DNA from: Rubrivivax sp.
Lineage (GTDB): Bacteria; Pseudomonadota; Gammaproteobacteria; Burkholderiales; Burkholderiaceae_C
NCBI GenBank assembly: GCA_026785885.1
Contig: JAJAZC010000006.1
Span: forward strand, 463-64,462
Direction: 5' to 3'
DNA: 64,000 nucleotides
Part shown: positions 9,100-18,422 of the stretch, piece after piece
Numbering within the stretch: position 1 is the first letter of the stretch
Layout of the letters: each line of letters starts with the position of its first letter
The notes under the pieces: model-generated
Told to the model about the DNA's origin: nothing
What the model saw: only the letters and a program-made list of their open reading frames with translations
Database searches by the model: none
Program-made: the position numbers and the translations under genes

Positions 9100-9870
9100 T
9101 CAGCGATCCAGCCGCAGCGTGCGGTTGCAGCGCGCGGCAAGCCCTTCATCGTGCGTGACGACGACGAACGCCGTGCCCTGCTGTCGCGCCAGGCCCAGCA
9201 TCAGCTCGAAGACCTGCGCCGCGGTGCTGCGGTCCAGGTTGCCGGTAGGCTCGTCGGCCAACACACAGGCCGGCTGTGCCACCAGCGCCCGTGCGATGGC
9301 CACACGCTGGCGCTCGCCGCCGGACAGCTGCGACGGGTGGTGCGACAGACGCGCACCCAGACCCACCTGCGCCAGCACGGCCTGAGCCTTAGCGCGGGCC
9401 GCTTCCATCGTCATGCGGCGGATGCGCAGCGGCATGGCCACGTTATCCAGTGCGCTGAATTCGGGCAGCAGGTGGTGAAACTGGTAGACGAAGCCCAGGT
9501 GCAGGTTGCGCCAGCGGCCCTGTTCCGCGGCGTCCATCGATGCCAGGTCGCGGCCCATCAACTCGACGCGGCCCGACGACGGCGCCTCCAGCCCACCCAG
9601 CAGGTGCAGCAGCGTGCTCTTGCCCGAGCCGGACGCACCGACAACGGCCAGCGTCTGACCACGCTGCACTTGCAGGCTCACGCCGCGCAACACCGTGACG
9701 TCCAACGCTTCGGCGCCGCGGCCTTCCTGGAAGCGCTTGTGCAGGTCGGTGGCGGTGATCACCGGGCTGCCGGCTGTGGCGTTTGTTGCGTCGTTCGTTG
9801 CGCCGTCCGATGTGCCGTTGCTCACGTCGTTCACCGCGCCGTCCGCCTTGATTTTTGATGAGTCATTCAT
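9100..9870 (-). CDS. lolD: Lipoprotein-releasing ABC transporter ATP-binding protein
   Basis: [46 protein letters not shown]; follows lolC/E. Confidence 0.93.
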   Translation of the reverse strand: MNDSSKIKADGAVNDVSNGTSDGATNDATNATAGSPVITATDLHKRFQEGRGAEALDVTVLRGVSLQVQRGQTLAVVGASGSGKSTLLHLLGGLEAPSSGRVELMGRDLASMDAAEQGRWRNLHLGFVYQFHHLLPEFSALDNVAMPLRIRRMTMEAARAKAQAVLAQVGLGARLSHHPSQLSGGERQRVAIARALVAQPACVLADEPTGNLDRSTAAQVFELMLGLARQQGTAFVVVTHDEGLAARCNRTLRLDR

Positions 9871-11116
9871 AGCGCAGCGCCTCAGCCGGGTTGACGCGGC
9901 TGGCGCGCCAGCTCGGGTACAGCGTGGCCACGAAGGCCAGCAGCAGCGAGATCAGCACCACCGGCACGATGTCGCTGGCCAGCGGCTGACTCGGCATGCG
10001 GCTGATGACGTAGATGCTGCCGGGCAGAAAGGCGATGCCGAAGGCGCGCTCGATGGCCGGCACCAGCACGTCGACGTTGTAGGCCACGAGCAGGCCCATG
10101 GCGCAACCGCCGAGCGTGCCGATGATTCCGGCCGTCGCGCCCTGCACCATGAAGATGCCCATGATCGAGCGTGGGCTGGCGCCCAGGGTGCGCAGGATGG
10201 CGATGTCCGCGCGCTTGTCGGTGACCGTCATCACCAAGGTACTCACAAGGTTGAAAGCCGCCACCGCGACGATCAGCGTCAGGATGATGAACATCAGCCG
10301 CTTTTCGATCTGCACCGCGTCGAACCAGTTGCGGTTGGTGCGCGTCCAGTCGCGCACGATGACGTCGGAGCCCAGCGCTATCTGCACATCCTGCCCGACG
10401 GTGCGGGCGGCCTGTACGTCGGTCAGACGCAGCTGCACGCCCATCGGCCCTTCAACGCGAAACAGCCGTGCCGCGTCGTCGATGTGGATCAGCGCCAGGC
10501 CGCTGTCGTATTCGTAATGGCCGGCCTCGAACACGGCAGCCAGCGTGAATTGCTTCAGGCGCGGCACCACGCCTGCCGGCGTGACCTGCCCGCCGGGCGC
10601 GACGATGGTGACCTTGTCGCCGATGCGGGCGCCCACCAGGCGCGCCAGTTCGCCACCCATCACGATGTTCCATTCACCGGGCCGCAGTTCGGCCAGCAGC
10701 TGGGGCTGCGTACGCGCCAGCTCTGTCACCTTGCCCTCTTCGGCCGGGTCCACACCGCGCACGATTGCGCCGCGCAGTTCATCACCGCGGCCCACCAGCG
10801 CCTGCGCGGTGACGTACGGCGCTACGCCCACCACGCGGCTGTCTTTCTGCACCGCCGTAGCGGTGGCGCGCCAGTCGGGCAGCGCGCCACCGGCGGCGTC
10901 ACGCACCTCGACGTGCGAGATGACGCTGAGCATGCGGTCGCGCACCTCGGACTGGAAGCCGTTCATCACGCTCAAGACGATGATCAGGGCCGCCACGCCG
11001 AGCGCGATGCCCAGCATCGACACGCCGCTGATGAAAGAGATAAAGCCGTTGCGGCGCCCGCTGCGTCCGGCGCGTGTGTAGCGCCAGCCAATGTGCCACT
11101 CATAGGGTAGGTTCAT
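9863..11116 (-). CDS. Lipoprotein-releasing ABC transporter permease (LolC/E)
   Basis: [62 protein letters not shown]. Confidence 0.95.
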   Translation of the reverse strand: MNLPYEWHIGWRYTRAGRSGRRNGFISFISGVSMLGIALGVAALIIVLSVMNGFQSEVRDRMLSVISHVEVRDAAGGALPDWRATATAVQKDSRVVGVAPYVTAQALVGRGDELRGAIVRGVDPAEEGKVTELARTQPQLLAELRPGEWNIVMGGELARLVGARIGDKVTIVAPGGQVTPAGVVPRLKQFTLAAVFEAGHYEYDSGLALIHIDDAARLFRVEGPMGVQLRLTDVQAARTVGQDVQIALGSDVIVRDWTRTNRNWFDAVQIEKRLMFIILTLIVAVAAFNLVSTLVMTVTDKRADIAILRTLGASPRSIMGIFMVQGATAGIIGTLGGCAMGLLVAYNVDVLVPAIERAFGIAFLPGSIYVISRMPSQPLASDIVPVVLISLLLAFVATLYPSWRASRVNPAEALRYE

Positions 11117-11219
11117 GCGGACGGTCGGCTCGCGGGTGGGGGCTGTATGAAGCGGCGGCATGCTACCCGAGGGTCACCGCAGCGCCGGGCACAGGGGGCC
11201 ACCGGGATAATCGAGCACC

Positions 11220-12149
11220 ATGCACCTGCTGATCCCGTTTGCCACGCCTTTGTCCGAGGCCGGGCGTGCGGTGATGGCGACCTTGCAGCTGCCGCATCTG
11301 CAAGCGCTGGCGTCGGTGCTGGCGGTGCAAACCCGCGACGACGGCGACGAATGGAGCCTGTCACCACCGCATGAACGTGCGTTGGCCCGCGCACTCGGCT
11401 GGCGCGGCACCGATGGTTTGCTGCCCTGGGCCGCACATGCAGCCGCGGCGGACGGTATCGAGCTCGGCGGCCAGGCCTGGGCGCTGCTGAGCCCCGTGCA
11501 CTGGCATCTGGGCACCGATCAGGTCAGCTTGGTGGACCCGGCGCAGCTGCAGATCGATGACGCCACCTCGCGCAGCTTCTTCGGGGCCGTGCAGCATCTG
11601 TTCACCAGCGAAGGTTATGGGTTGGCCTATGGCAGCGCCAGCCGCTGGTACATCGCCCACAGCAGCCTGGCCACGCTGCCCACTGCGTCGCTGGACCGTG
11701 TCATCGGCCGCAACGTCGACCGCTGGCTCGGCCATGAACCCGGCGCGCGCCGCTTGCGCCGCCTGCAAGGCGAAGTGCAGATGCTGCTGTACACGCACCC
11801 GCTGAACGACCAGCGCATCGCGCATGGGCTGTTGCCGGTCAACAGTTTCTGGCTCAGCGGTTGCGGTGCGCTGCAGCCGCAGACCGGTGCCATGCCGACG
11901 GTCGATGAGCGGCTGCGCGCGCCTGCCCTGGCCGACGACTGGGCCTCTTGGGCCAAGGCCTGGCAGACGCTGGACGAAGGCCCGCTGGCGCTGTTGAACA
12001 CACGAGCCCGTGCAGGCCAGGCCGTGCAGTTGACGCTGTGCGGTGAACGCGCCGCGGCCACCCTCGGTGTGCAGCCGCGCGGCCTGCTGCAGCGCCTGCG
12101 CACCCGGCTGTTACCGCCACCCTGGGCGACGCTGCTGGAGACGCTGTAG
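11220..12149 (+). CDS. Conserved hypothetical protein upstream of recJ (degenerate phosphoglycerate-mutase-like family)
   Basis: PVHWHLG, LQGEVQMLLYTHPLNDQR...LPVNSFWLSG; stop overlaps recJ start. Confidence 0.7.
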   Translation: MHLLIPFATPLSEAGRAVMATLQLPHLQALASVLAVQTRDDGDEWSLSPPHERALARALGWRGTDGLLPWAAHAAAADGIELGGQAWALLSPVHWHLGTDQVSLVDPAQLQIDDATSRSFFGAVQHLFTSEGYGLAYGSASRWYIAHSSLATLPTASLDRVIGRNVDRWLGHEPGARRLRRLQGEVQMLLYTHPLNDQRIAHGLLPVNSFWLSGCGALQPQTGAMPTVDERLRAPALADDWASWAKAWQTLDEGPLALLNTRARAGQAVQLTLCGERAAATLGVQPRGLLQRLRTRLLPPPWATLLETL

Positions 12150-14095
12150 TGGTGCCGCAACTTCCAACGCCCGACGTGCCGCCGCAAGTCCAGATGCGCG
12201 ACGTGCCGCCGCAAATCCAAACGCGCGACATGCCGCCGCAAATCCAAACGCGCGACGTGCCGCCGCGCGTGCGCTTTGCACTCGAGCAAGCCGGTGTGCA
12301 CCCGCTGCTGGCGCACCTGCTGGCCGCGCGCGGCGTGCGCAGCATCGACGAGATGGACGACAGCGTCGCGCGGCTACTGCCGCCATCGGCGATGAAGGGC
12401 GCGCTTGAGGCCGGCGTGTTGCTGGCCGATGCCATCAGCGCCGGCCGCCGCATCTGCATCGTGGCCGACTACGACTGCGACGGCGCTACCGCCTGCGCCG
12501 TGGCGCTACGCGGGTTGGCGCTGTTGGGCGCCGTGCCGGGCAGCGTCGGCTACGTGGTGCCGGACCGCGCGGTGCACGGCTACGGCCTCACACCCGCCAT
12601 CGTCGACCTGGCGCTGGCGCAGCGCCCCGATGTTTTGGTGACGGTGGACAACGGCATCGCCAGCCATGCCGGCGTGGCGCACGCGCGGGCTCGCCAGCTG
12701 CAGGTGCTGGTGACAGACCATCACCTGCCGGCACTCGTCGACGGCGTGATCTCGTTGCCCGACGCCGACGTCATCGTGAACCCGAATCAGCCCGGCTGCA
12801 GCTTCGACAGCAAGGCCATCGCCGGTGTCGGTGTCATGTTCTACGTGCTGCTGGCCACCCGCGCCGAACTGCGCGTCCGCGGGCGTTTTGTCGATGCAGC
12901 CCAGCCGCGGCTGGACACGCTGCTGGACCTCGTGGCGCTGGGCACGGTGGCCGATGTCGTCAAGCTCGACGGCAACAACCGCCGCCTGGTGGCACAAGGC
13001 CTCAAGCGTGTGCGCAGCGGCCGGCTGCAACCCGGCCTGGCGGCGCTGTTCAAGGTGGCGGGCCGCGACCCGGCGCGTGCGGCTGGCTTCGACTTCGGCT
13101 TCGCACTTGGGCCGCGCATCAACGCCGCCGGGCGCTTGTCGGACATGACGTTGGGCATCGAATGCCTGGCCACCGACGACCCGGTGCGCGCGCTCGAACT
13201 GGCGACGCAGCTGGACACCATCAACCGCGAGCGGCGTGAAGTCGAAGCCGGCATGCGCGAGACCGCCGAGCGCACGCTGGAGCAGCTGATGCCGCATGAG
13301 GCCGCCCCGCCGCCGGCCGTGGTGTTGTTCGACGAAAGCTTCCATGAAGGTGTCGTCGGCATCGTCGCCGGGCGTGTCAAAGACCGCCTGCACCGGCCGA
13401 CCTTCGTCTTTGCGCGCGGTGCCGACGGCTGCCTCAAAGGCTCCGGCCGCTCGATCCCCGGTTTTCATCTGCGCGACGCGCTGGACCTCGTCGCCAAACG
13501 CCATCCCGGCCTGCTGCTGCGCTTCGGCGGCCACGCGATGGCGGCCGGCTGCACGCTGCGTGACTGTGGCGGCGGCGGGGATGGCTTCGGTGATGGTCAA
13601 GGTGATGTCAGCGGGGGTGTCAGCGGTCATGTCAGCGGTCATGTCAGCGGGGATGTCAGCGGGGATGTCAGTGGTGATTGCAGCGGTGACGGCAGCGGTC
13701 AGGCCAACGCCAGCGCCGCCCGCTTTGCCGACGCTTTGCGCCAGGTCGCCACCGAATGGCTGGACGCCGCCACGCTGACGCGCACGCTGCGCACCGACGG
13801 ACCGCTGGCGCTGCAGTGGTTCAACGTCGAAACCGCGGGTTTGCTGGACGCGCAGGTCTGGGGCCAGGGCTTCGACGCGCCGCTGTTCTGCGACGAGGTG
13901 CAGGTGCTGCAGCAGCGGCTGGTCGGTGAGAAGCACCTCAAACTGCGCTTGCGCCATGCCGGCCAGGAACGCGACGCCATCTGGTTCAGCCACGTCGAGC
14001 CGTTGCCTGCAACGGTGCGGCTGGCGTTCAGGCTCAGTGTGGATGAGTGGAACGGGCGGCAGCGGGTGCAGATGGTGGTGGAGGCAGCCGCATGA
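12149..14095 (+). CDS. recJ: Single-stranded-DNA-specific exonuclease RecJ, with two tandem-repeat insertions
   Basis: DYDCDG, TVDNG, TDHH, LGTVADVV, PRINAAGRL, GSGRS, GGHAMAAG; OB-fold C-terminus. Confidence 0.96.
   Translation: MVPQLPTPDVPPQVQMRDVPPQIQTRDMPPQIQTRDVPPRVRFALEQAGVHPLLAHLLAARGVRSIDEMDDSVARLLPPSAMKGALEAGVLLADAISAGRRICIVADYDCDGATACAVALRGLALLGAVPGSVGYVVPDRAVHGYGLTPAIVDLALAQRPDVLVTVDNGIASHAGVAHARARQLQVLVTDHHLPALVDGVISLPDADVIVNPNQPGCSFDSKAIAGVGVMFYVLLATRAELRVRGRFVDAAQPRLDTLLDLVALGTVADVVKLDGNNRRLVAQGLKRVRSGRLQPGLAALFKVAGRDPARAAGFDFGFALGPRINAAGRLSDMTLGIECLATDDPVRALELATQLDTINRERREVEAGMRETAERTLEQLMPHEAAPPPAVVLFDESFHEGVVGIVAGRVKDRLHRPTFVFARGADGCLKGSGRSIPGFHLRDALDLVAKRHPGLLLRFGGHAMAAGCTLRDCGGGGDGFGDGQGDVSGGVSGHVSGHVSGDVSGDVSGDCSGDGSGQANASAARFADALRQVATEWLDAATLTRTLRTDGPLALQWFNVETAGLLDAQVWGQGFDAPLFCDEVQVLQQRLVGEKHLKLRLRHAGQERDAIWFSHVEPLPATVRLAFRLSVDEWNGRQRVQMVVEAAA
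12172..12266 (+). repeat. 27-bp tandem repeat x3.5 at recJ N-terminus (RDVPPQIQT)
   Basis: CGAC(G/A)TGCCGCCGC recurs at 12172, 12199, 12226, 12253. Confidence 0.92.
13578..13702 (+). repeat. Degenerate 12-bp array (GATGTCAGCGGG) in recJ DHHA1 region
   Basis: Encodes GDGFGDGQGDVSGGVSGHVSGHVSGDVSGDVSGDCSGDGSG. Confidence 0.9.
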
Positions 14096-14156
14096 AGCCG
14101 TGGTGCTGCAACCCCGCAGACCCCAGGGACGCTGGCTTGCCGGCATGCTGCGGCGC

Positions 14157-15281
14157 ATGAAACATCTATTTGCCCGCTCCTGCGTGGCCGCCTCCTGTGT
14201 TGCGGTAGCCGTGTTTTTCAACGTGCCGGTCAGCGCGCAAACGCTGCGTGCGGTTCCCGTCATCACCGGTCTGCAGGACGCCTGGGCTTTTGCCTTCCTG
14301 CCCGACGGCCGCATGCTGATCACGGAGAAGCCGGGCCGGCTGCGCATCGCGTCGGCCACCGGCGTGCTGTCGGCGCCGCTGCAGGGCTTGCCGGCCATTG
14401 CGGTGGCGGGGCAGTGCGGCCTGTTGGATGTCGTCGTCGACCCGGCTTTTGCGACCAACCAGCGCATCTTCTTCAGCTTTGCCGAGCCGGCGGACGGCGG
14501 GGGCGGCGGCAACAGCACCGCCGTGGCCAGTGCGAGGCTGGTGGACGACAAGCTGCAGGAGGTGCGCACGATCTTCAGCCAGAAGCCCAAGATCAGCAGC
14601 CGCGCGCATTGCGGCTCGCGCATCGTCTTCGATCGCGGCGGCCGCTTGCTGATCGGCCTGGGGGACCGCTTCAGCGAGAAGGACGAGGCGCAGAACCCGG
14701 CCAACCACATCGGCAAGGTCGTGCGCATCGAGCCCGATGGGCGTGTGCCGGCTGACAACCCGTGGGCATCGCGCAGCGGCACGGCGCCTGAAATTTTCAG
14801 CCTCGGCCATCGCAACATTCAGGGCGCGGCCTTGCATCCGGCGAGCGGCGAGTTGTGGGTGGCGGAGCATGGCCCACAGGGTGGCGACGAGATCAACCGG
14901 GTGCGTGCCGGCCTCAATTACGGCTGGCCCTTGGTGACCTACGGCCGCAACTACGGCCTCGGCACGCGCATCGGCGAAGAAGGGCCCAAGTCCGGCTTCG
15001 AGCAACCGCTGCGCCACTGGGTACCGACCTCGGTCGCGCCCAGCGGTCTGGCCTTCGTCACGAGCGAGCGTTACCCCGGCTGGAAGGGCAGCCTGATGAT
15101 GGGCGCGCTGCGCGGCCAGGTGCTGATCCGAATGACGCTGGACGGCGACCGTGTCAGCGGCGAAGAGCGTTTGCTAGAAGACCTGAAGCTGCGCATTCGC
15201 GATGTGCGCCAGGGCCCCGACGGCTGGTTGTATGTGCTGAGCGACGGCGACGGCGGGCGCCTGCTGAGGCTCGAGCGCTAA
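14157..15281 (+). CDS. PQQ-dependent soluble sugar dehydrogenase (YliI/Asd family), exported
   Basis: Signal peptide; FLPDGRMLITEKPGRL, GLLDV, GHRNIQG, EHGPQGGDEIN, NYGWP, RIRDVRQGPDG. Confidence 0.92.
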   Translation: MKHLFARSCVAASCVAVAVFFNVPVSAQTLRAVPVITGLQDAWAFAFLPDGRMLITEKPGRLRIASATGVLSAPLQGLPAIAVAGQCGLLDVVVDPAFATNQRIFFSFAEPADGGGGGNSTAVASARLVDDKLQEVRTIFSQKPKISSRAHCGSRIVFDRGGRLLIGLGDRFSEKDEAQNPANHIGKVVRIEPDGRVPADNPWASRSGTAPEIFSLGHRNIQGAALHPASGELWVAEHGPQGGDEINRVRAGLNYGWPLVTYGRNYGLGTRIGEEGPKSGFEQPLRHWVPTSVAPSGLAFVTSERYPGWKGSLMMGALRGQVLIRMTLDGDRVSGEERLLEDLKLRIRDVRQGPDGWLYVLSDGDGGRLLRLER

Positions 15282-15324
15282 AGCCGGCGCTGAAGCGGAA
15301 AGTTAGGCCCGAGCAGAGCGCGGC

Positions 15325-15398
15325 ACTGAGCCGGCGCTGAGCCGGCGCTGAGGCCGGCGCTGAGGCCGGCGCTAAGGCCGGCGCTGAGGCCGGCGCTG
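15325..15398. repeat. 11/12-bp tandem array (GCCGGCGCTGAG) x~6, intergenic
   Basis: Direct reading. Confidence 0.88.
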
Positions 15399-15510
15399 GC
15401 GCAAGGGCGTAGATGTAGCCGCGCCACTGCGCCCCGCCTGCAGTCTTGGGGATGGGACCGGTCGCGCTGCAGTCCGATACTGCGCGCCCTGCTACCGACG
15501 GAGCCGCACC

Positions 15511-16299
15511 ATGCCCAATTCCTTGCGCGACGTGCCGGCCGACGCGGTCGAATTGATCAAGAGCTTCGAAGGCATTCCCGACGGCGACCCGGCCACCGTC
15601 AACATCGACGCCTACCGGTGCCCAGCCGGCGTGTGGACCATCGGCTGGGGCCACGCAATCGTCGACAACGGCCAGCAGTTGAAGGGCGCGGCCAACCTGC
15701 TACGGGCGCGCGCGCTGTACCCGGGCGGCATCACCCGCGCCCAGGCGCAGGCACTGCTGGCGGCTGACCTGATCCCACGTGCTGCGTCGACGCTGAGCCT
15801 GGTGCGGGCAGCGTTGAGCGACCCGCAGTTCGGTGCTTTGATCGCCTTTGTTTTCAACGTCGGCGTCGCCAACTTCGGAGCCTCGACGCTGCTGCGCAAG
15901 CTCAACGCCGGTGACGTGGCAGGTGCCGCGGATCAGTTTCTGGCCTGGGACAAGGCGCAGGTGGGCGGCGTGCTCAAGTCGCTGGCCGGCCTGACGCGCC
16001 GGCGCAAAGCCGAACGGGCGCTGTTCCTCGCGCAAGACTGGCGGGCGGTGGCCGCGACCCGCAGCCGCGCAGCGCCCGAAGTGCTGCCTGTGCCCGAGAT
16101 GCCGGCAGCGGATGCCGCGGCTTTGCTGACGCCGAGTGCGTTCGAGCCGATCACGCAGATTGCGCCGATCGAGCCAGTTCCGCCTATTTCGTCGATCGAG
16201 CCAATCGAGCCGATCAAGCGACGCGGCCGAACCACCACACCGACAGCCCCGCGGCCAGCACCGACAGCAGCACGCCCAAGGCCGCGAACAGCGCGCTGA
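15511..16299 (+). CDS. Phage-type lysozyme (GH24 / RrrD-like) with low-complexity C-terminal tail
   Basis: LIKSFEG, YRCPAGVWTIGWGH, QFGALIAFVFNVG, STLLRKLNAGD, GLTRRRKAERALFL; GGAG RBS. Confidence 0.92.
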   Translation: MPNSLRDVPADAVELIKSFEGIPDGDPATVNIDAYRCPAGVWTIGWGHAIVDNGQQLKGAANLLRARALYPGGITRAQAQALLAADLIPRAASTLSLVRAALSDPQFGALIAFVFNVGVANFGASTLLRKLNAGDVAGAADQFLAWDKAQVGGVLKSLAGLTRRRKAERALFLAQDWRAVAATRSRAAPEVLPVPEMPAADAAALLTPSAFEPITQIAPIEPVPPISSIEPIEPIKRRGRTTTPTAPRPAPTAARPRPRTAR

Positions 16300-17338
16300 T
16301 CTCGGTTTGCTTGCGCTCCACCACCATGCGCGAAGACAGGCTCTCGTAGACCTTCTTCAGGTCTTCTGCGGTGCCGGCATAGAAGTACTCGCCGTGCGTC
16401 AACACGCTGATGTTCTTCAGCGTCTCTTCGTCCAACCGCACCCGCATGCTCCAGCCTTCGAAGCCGATGGTCTCACCGCTGGTGGTGCCAATGCCCACCG
16501 TGTAGATGCGGATGCCGCGCTCGGCCGCCATCTTGGCAGCGTCCAGCGGGTCGGGGCCCGTGGTGCGCTGGCCGTCGGTGAGCATGATCACGGCGGCTGA
16601 GTTGTAGCTGCCTGGCGGCACCGGCGTGAAGGCCGGCTTGTCGCTCTTGCGGATGTCACCGCCGGTGTCCTTGCCGTTGCCGCCGGTGCTGCCGCCACCA
16701 CCACCGGTGCTGCCGCCACCACCACCGGTGCTGCCGCCACCACCACCGGTGCCACCCGGAAAGTTGCGTTGGCCGGTGACGTGCTGGATCTCGATGCCGT
16801 GTTCCGGAAACAGCGTCGCCAGGCTCAGGATGATGCCGCTGCCGGTGGCCGTGCCGCGCTGCAGCTGAAAGCGGTCTATCGCAGCGATCACGTCGTCGCG
16901 GCTGGTCGTCGGCGCCTGCACGACAGCGGCTGTGCCGGCAAAGGCCACCACGCCGACGCGCACCTCGCTGGGTAGGTTGGTGACGAATGCTTTGGCCGCG
17001 ATCTGCGCCGCCACTAACCGGTTGGGTTTGACGTCCTCGGCGCGCATGCTGCCGGAGACGTCCATCGCCAGCATGATGGTGCGCTCCGACAGCGGCAGCG
17101 TGATGGTTGCAGTCGGCCGCGCCACGGCCAGCAGGCCGGCGGCGATGGCCAGCAGCATCAGCACCGGGGGCACGTGGCGGCGCCAGCCCGGGCCGCGGCC
17201 CAATGCCAGCTTGGCAATCTGCACGCTGGCCAGGCGCACGGTCGTCTTGCGCTTCTTGCGCAACAGCCACCAGTACATCAACACCAGCAACGGCAGCAGA
17301 GCCAGCAGCCAGAGCATCGAGGGCCAGATGAATCGCAT
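16214..17338 (-). CDS. vWA-domain membrane protein (BatA-like)
   Basis: N-terminal BatA-type TM, MIDAS DVSGS...T...LTDG, C-terminal TM. Confidence 0.92.
   Translation of the reverse strand: MRFIWPSMLWLLALLPLLVLMYWWLLRKKRKTTVRLASVQIAKLALGRGPGWRRHVPPVLMLLAIAAGLLAVARPTATITLPLSERTIMLAMDVSGSMRAEDVKPNRLVAAQIAAKAFVTNLPSEVRVGVVAFAGTAAVVQAPTTSRDDVIAAIDRFQLQRGTATGSGIILSLATLFPEHGIEIQHVTGQRNFPGGTGGGGGSTGGGGGSTGGGGGSTGGNGKDTGGDIRKSDKPAFTPVPPGSYNSAAVIMLTDGQRTTGPDPLDAAKMAAERGIRIYTVGIGTTSGETIGFEGWSMRVRLDEETLKNISVLTHGEYFYAGTAEDLKKVYESLSSRMVVERKQTEISALFAALGVLLSVLAAGLSVWWFGRVA
16683..16752. repeat. 21-bp tandem repeat x3 (GGGGSTG) in vWA gene
   Basis: ccggtgctgccgccaccacca x3. Confidence 0.92.
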
Positions 17339-17345
17339 GCTTGCC

Positions 17346-18422
17346 TCAGTTCGTGGCGGCCGCGTTAGCGGAAGGGTGTGCCGTCTGGAGCGCGCTGGCG
17401 CGTTGCAATGCAGCCGGCGCGCGGCGCGGTGCTTTCAGGCGCGCACGCTGGCGGCGCAGATCGGACAGGCGCAGCAGCGAATCGAGCAGGTCGTCGTCGG
17501 TGGCGAGCTCGACCACATCAGCGCCCGAGCGCGCCAGGCCGTCCAGCAAGGCCGCTTCGTGCTCTTCGGCAATGCGCGCATAGCGCTCGCGAAAAGCCGG
17601 GTCGGCGGCGTCGATGAAAAGCTGCTCGCCGGTTTCTGCATCCTCGACGGTGATCAAGCCCAGGCGCGAATCCGCGGGCAGGGCCATCTCCATCGGATCC
17701 CACAGCCGCACGGCCACGACCTCGTGGCGGCGAGCCAATCGGGCCAGCGCGTCTTGCCAACCCGGCTGGCTGATGAAATCGCTGATGACGAAGACCAGCG
17801 AGCGCCGCTTCATCACGCCGTCGGCCGTGCGCAGCAGCTCAGCCAGCGCGGTGTCGGTGCGCGGCGCTTTGCCATCCGGCTGCCGGCGCGGCGTGCGCAT
17901 GCGCTGCAGCAGATCGAGCACATGCGTGCGGCTGCTGCGCGGCGGCATCACGTGCTCGACACGGCTGCCGTACAGCACCGCGCCCACACGGTTGCCGTGG
18001 CGCGTGATGACGCGCGCCAGCGTGGCGACAAAGCCCGTGGAAACGGCCAGCTTGGTCACGTCGACACTGCCGAAATCGACACTGCCCGACAGGTCCAGCA
18101 GGAACCACGCGGTGAGGTCGCGGTCTTCCAGAAACTGCCGCACGTAAGGCGTCTGCAAGCGCGCGGTGACGTTCCAGTCGATGTGGCGCACATCGTCGTG
18201 GTGCTGGTATTCGCGCAGGTCGGCCAGGTCCACACCACCGCCGCGAAACAGCGTGCGGTAGTCGCCCTGCAGCAAGCCATCCAGGCGGCGGATCACGGTC
18301 CACTCCAGCCGCTGAAGTTGAGCCGCCACGCTCACTTCATTCGCTGCCCCCCGCGGGGTCTCTTGCAGCGGCCCGGCAGAGCCGGTTGCGCGCAAGGCCT
18401 TGGTCGCGGCATCGTCAGGCAT
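17346..18422 (-). CDS. DUF58-domain protein
   Basis: LREYQHHDDVRHIDWNVTAR, VRQFLEDR, LDLSGS, VISDF. Confidence 0.92.
   Translation of the reverse strand: MPDDAATKALRATGSAGPLQETPRGAANEVSVAAQLQRLEWTVIRRLDGLLQGDYRTLFRGGGVDLADLREYQHHDDVRHIDWNVTARLQTPYVRQFLEDRDLTAWFLLDLSGSVDFGSVDVTKLAVSTGFVATLARVITRHGNRVGAVLYGSRVEHVMPPRSSRTHVLDLLQRMRTPRRQPDGKAPRTDTALAELLRTADGVMKRRSLVFVISDFISQPGWQDALARLARRHEVVAVRLWDPMEMALPADSRLGLITVEDAETGEQLFIDAADPAFRERYARIAEEHEAALLDGLARSGADVVELATDDDLLDSLLRLSDLRRQRARLKAPRRAPAALQRASALQTAHPSANAAATN

Noticed and set aside
12172-12266. 27-bp repeats as CRISPR or iterons
   Set aside because: Contiguous coding duplication of the RecJ N-terminus; no unique spacers and no rep gene.
15511-16299. 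Prophage around the lysozyme
   Set aside because: No integrase, holin, structural genes, att-like repeats or compositional shift nearby.
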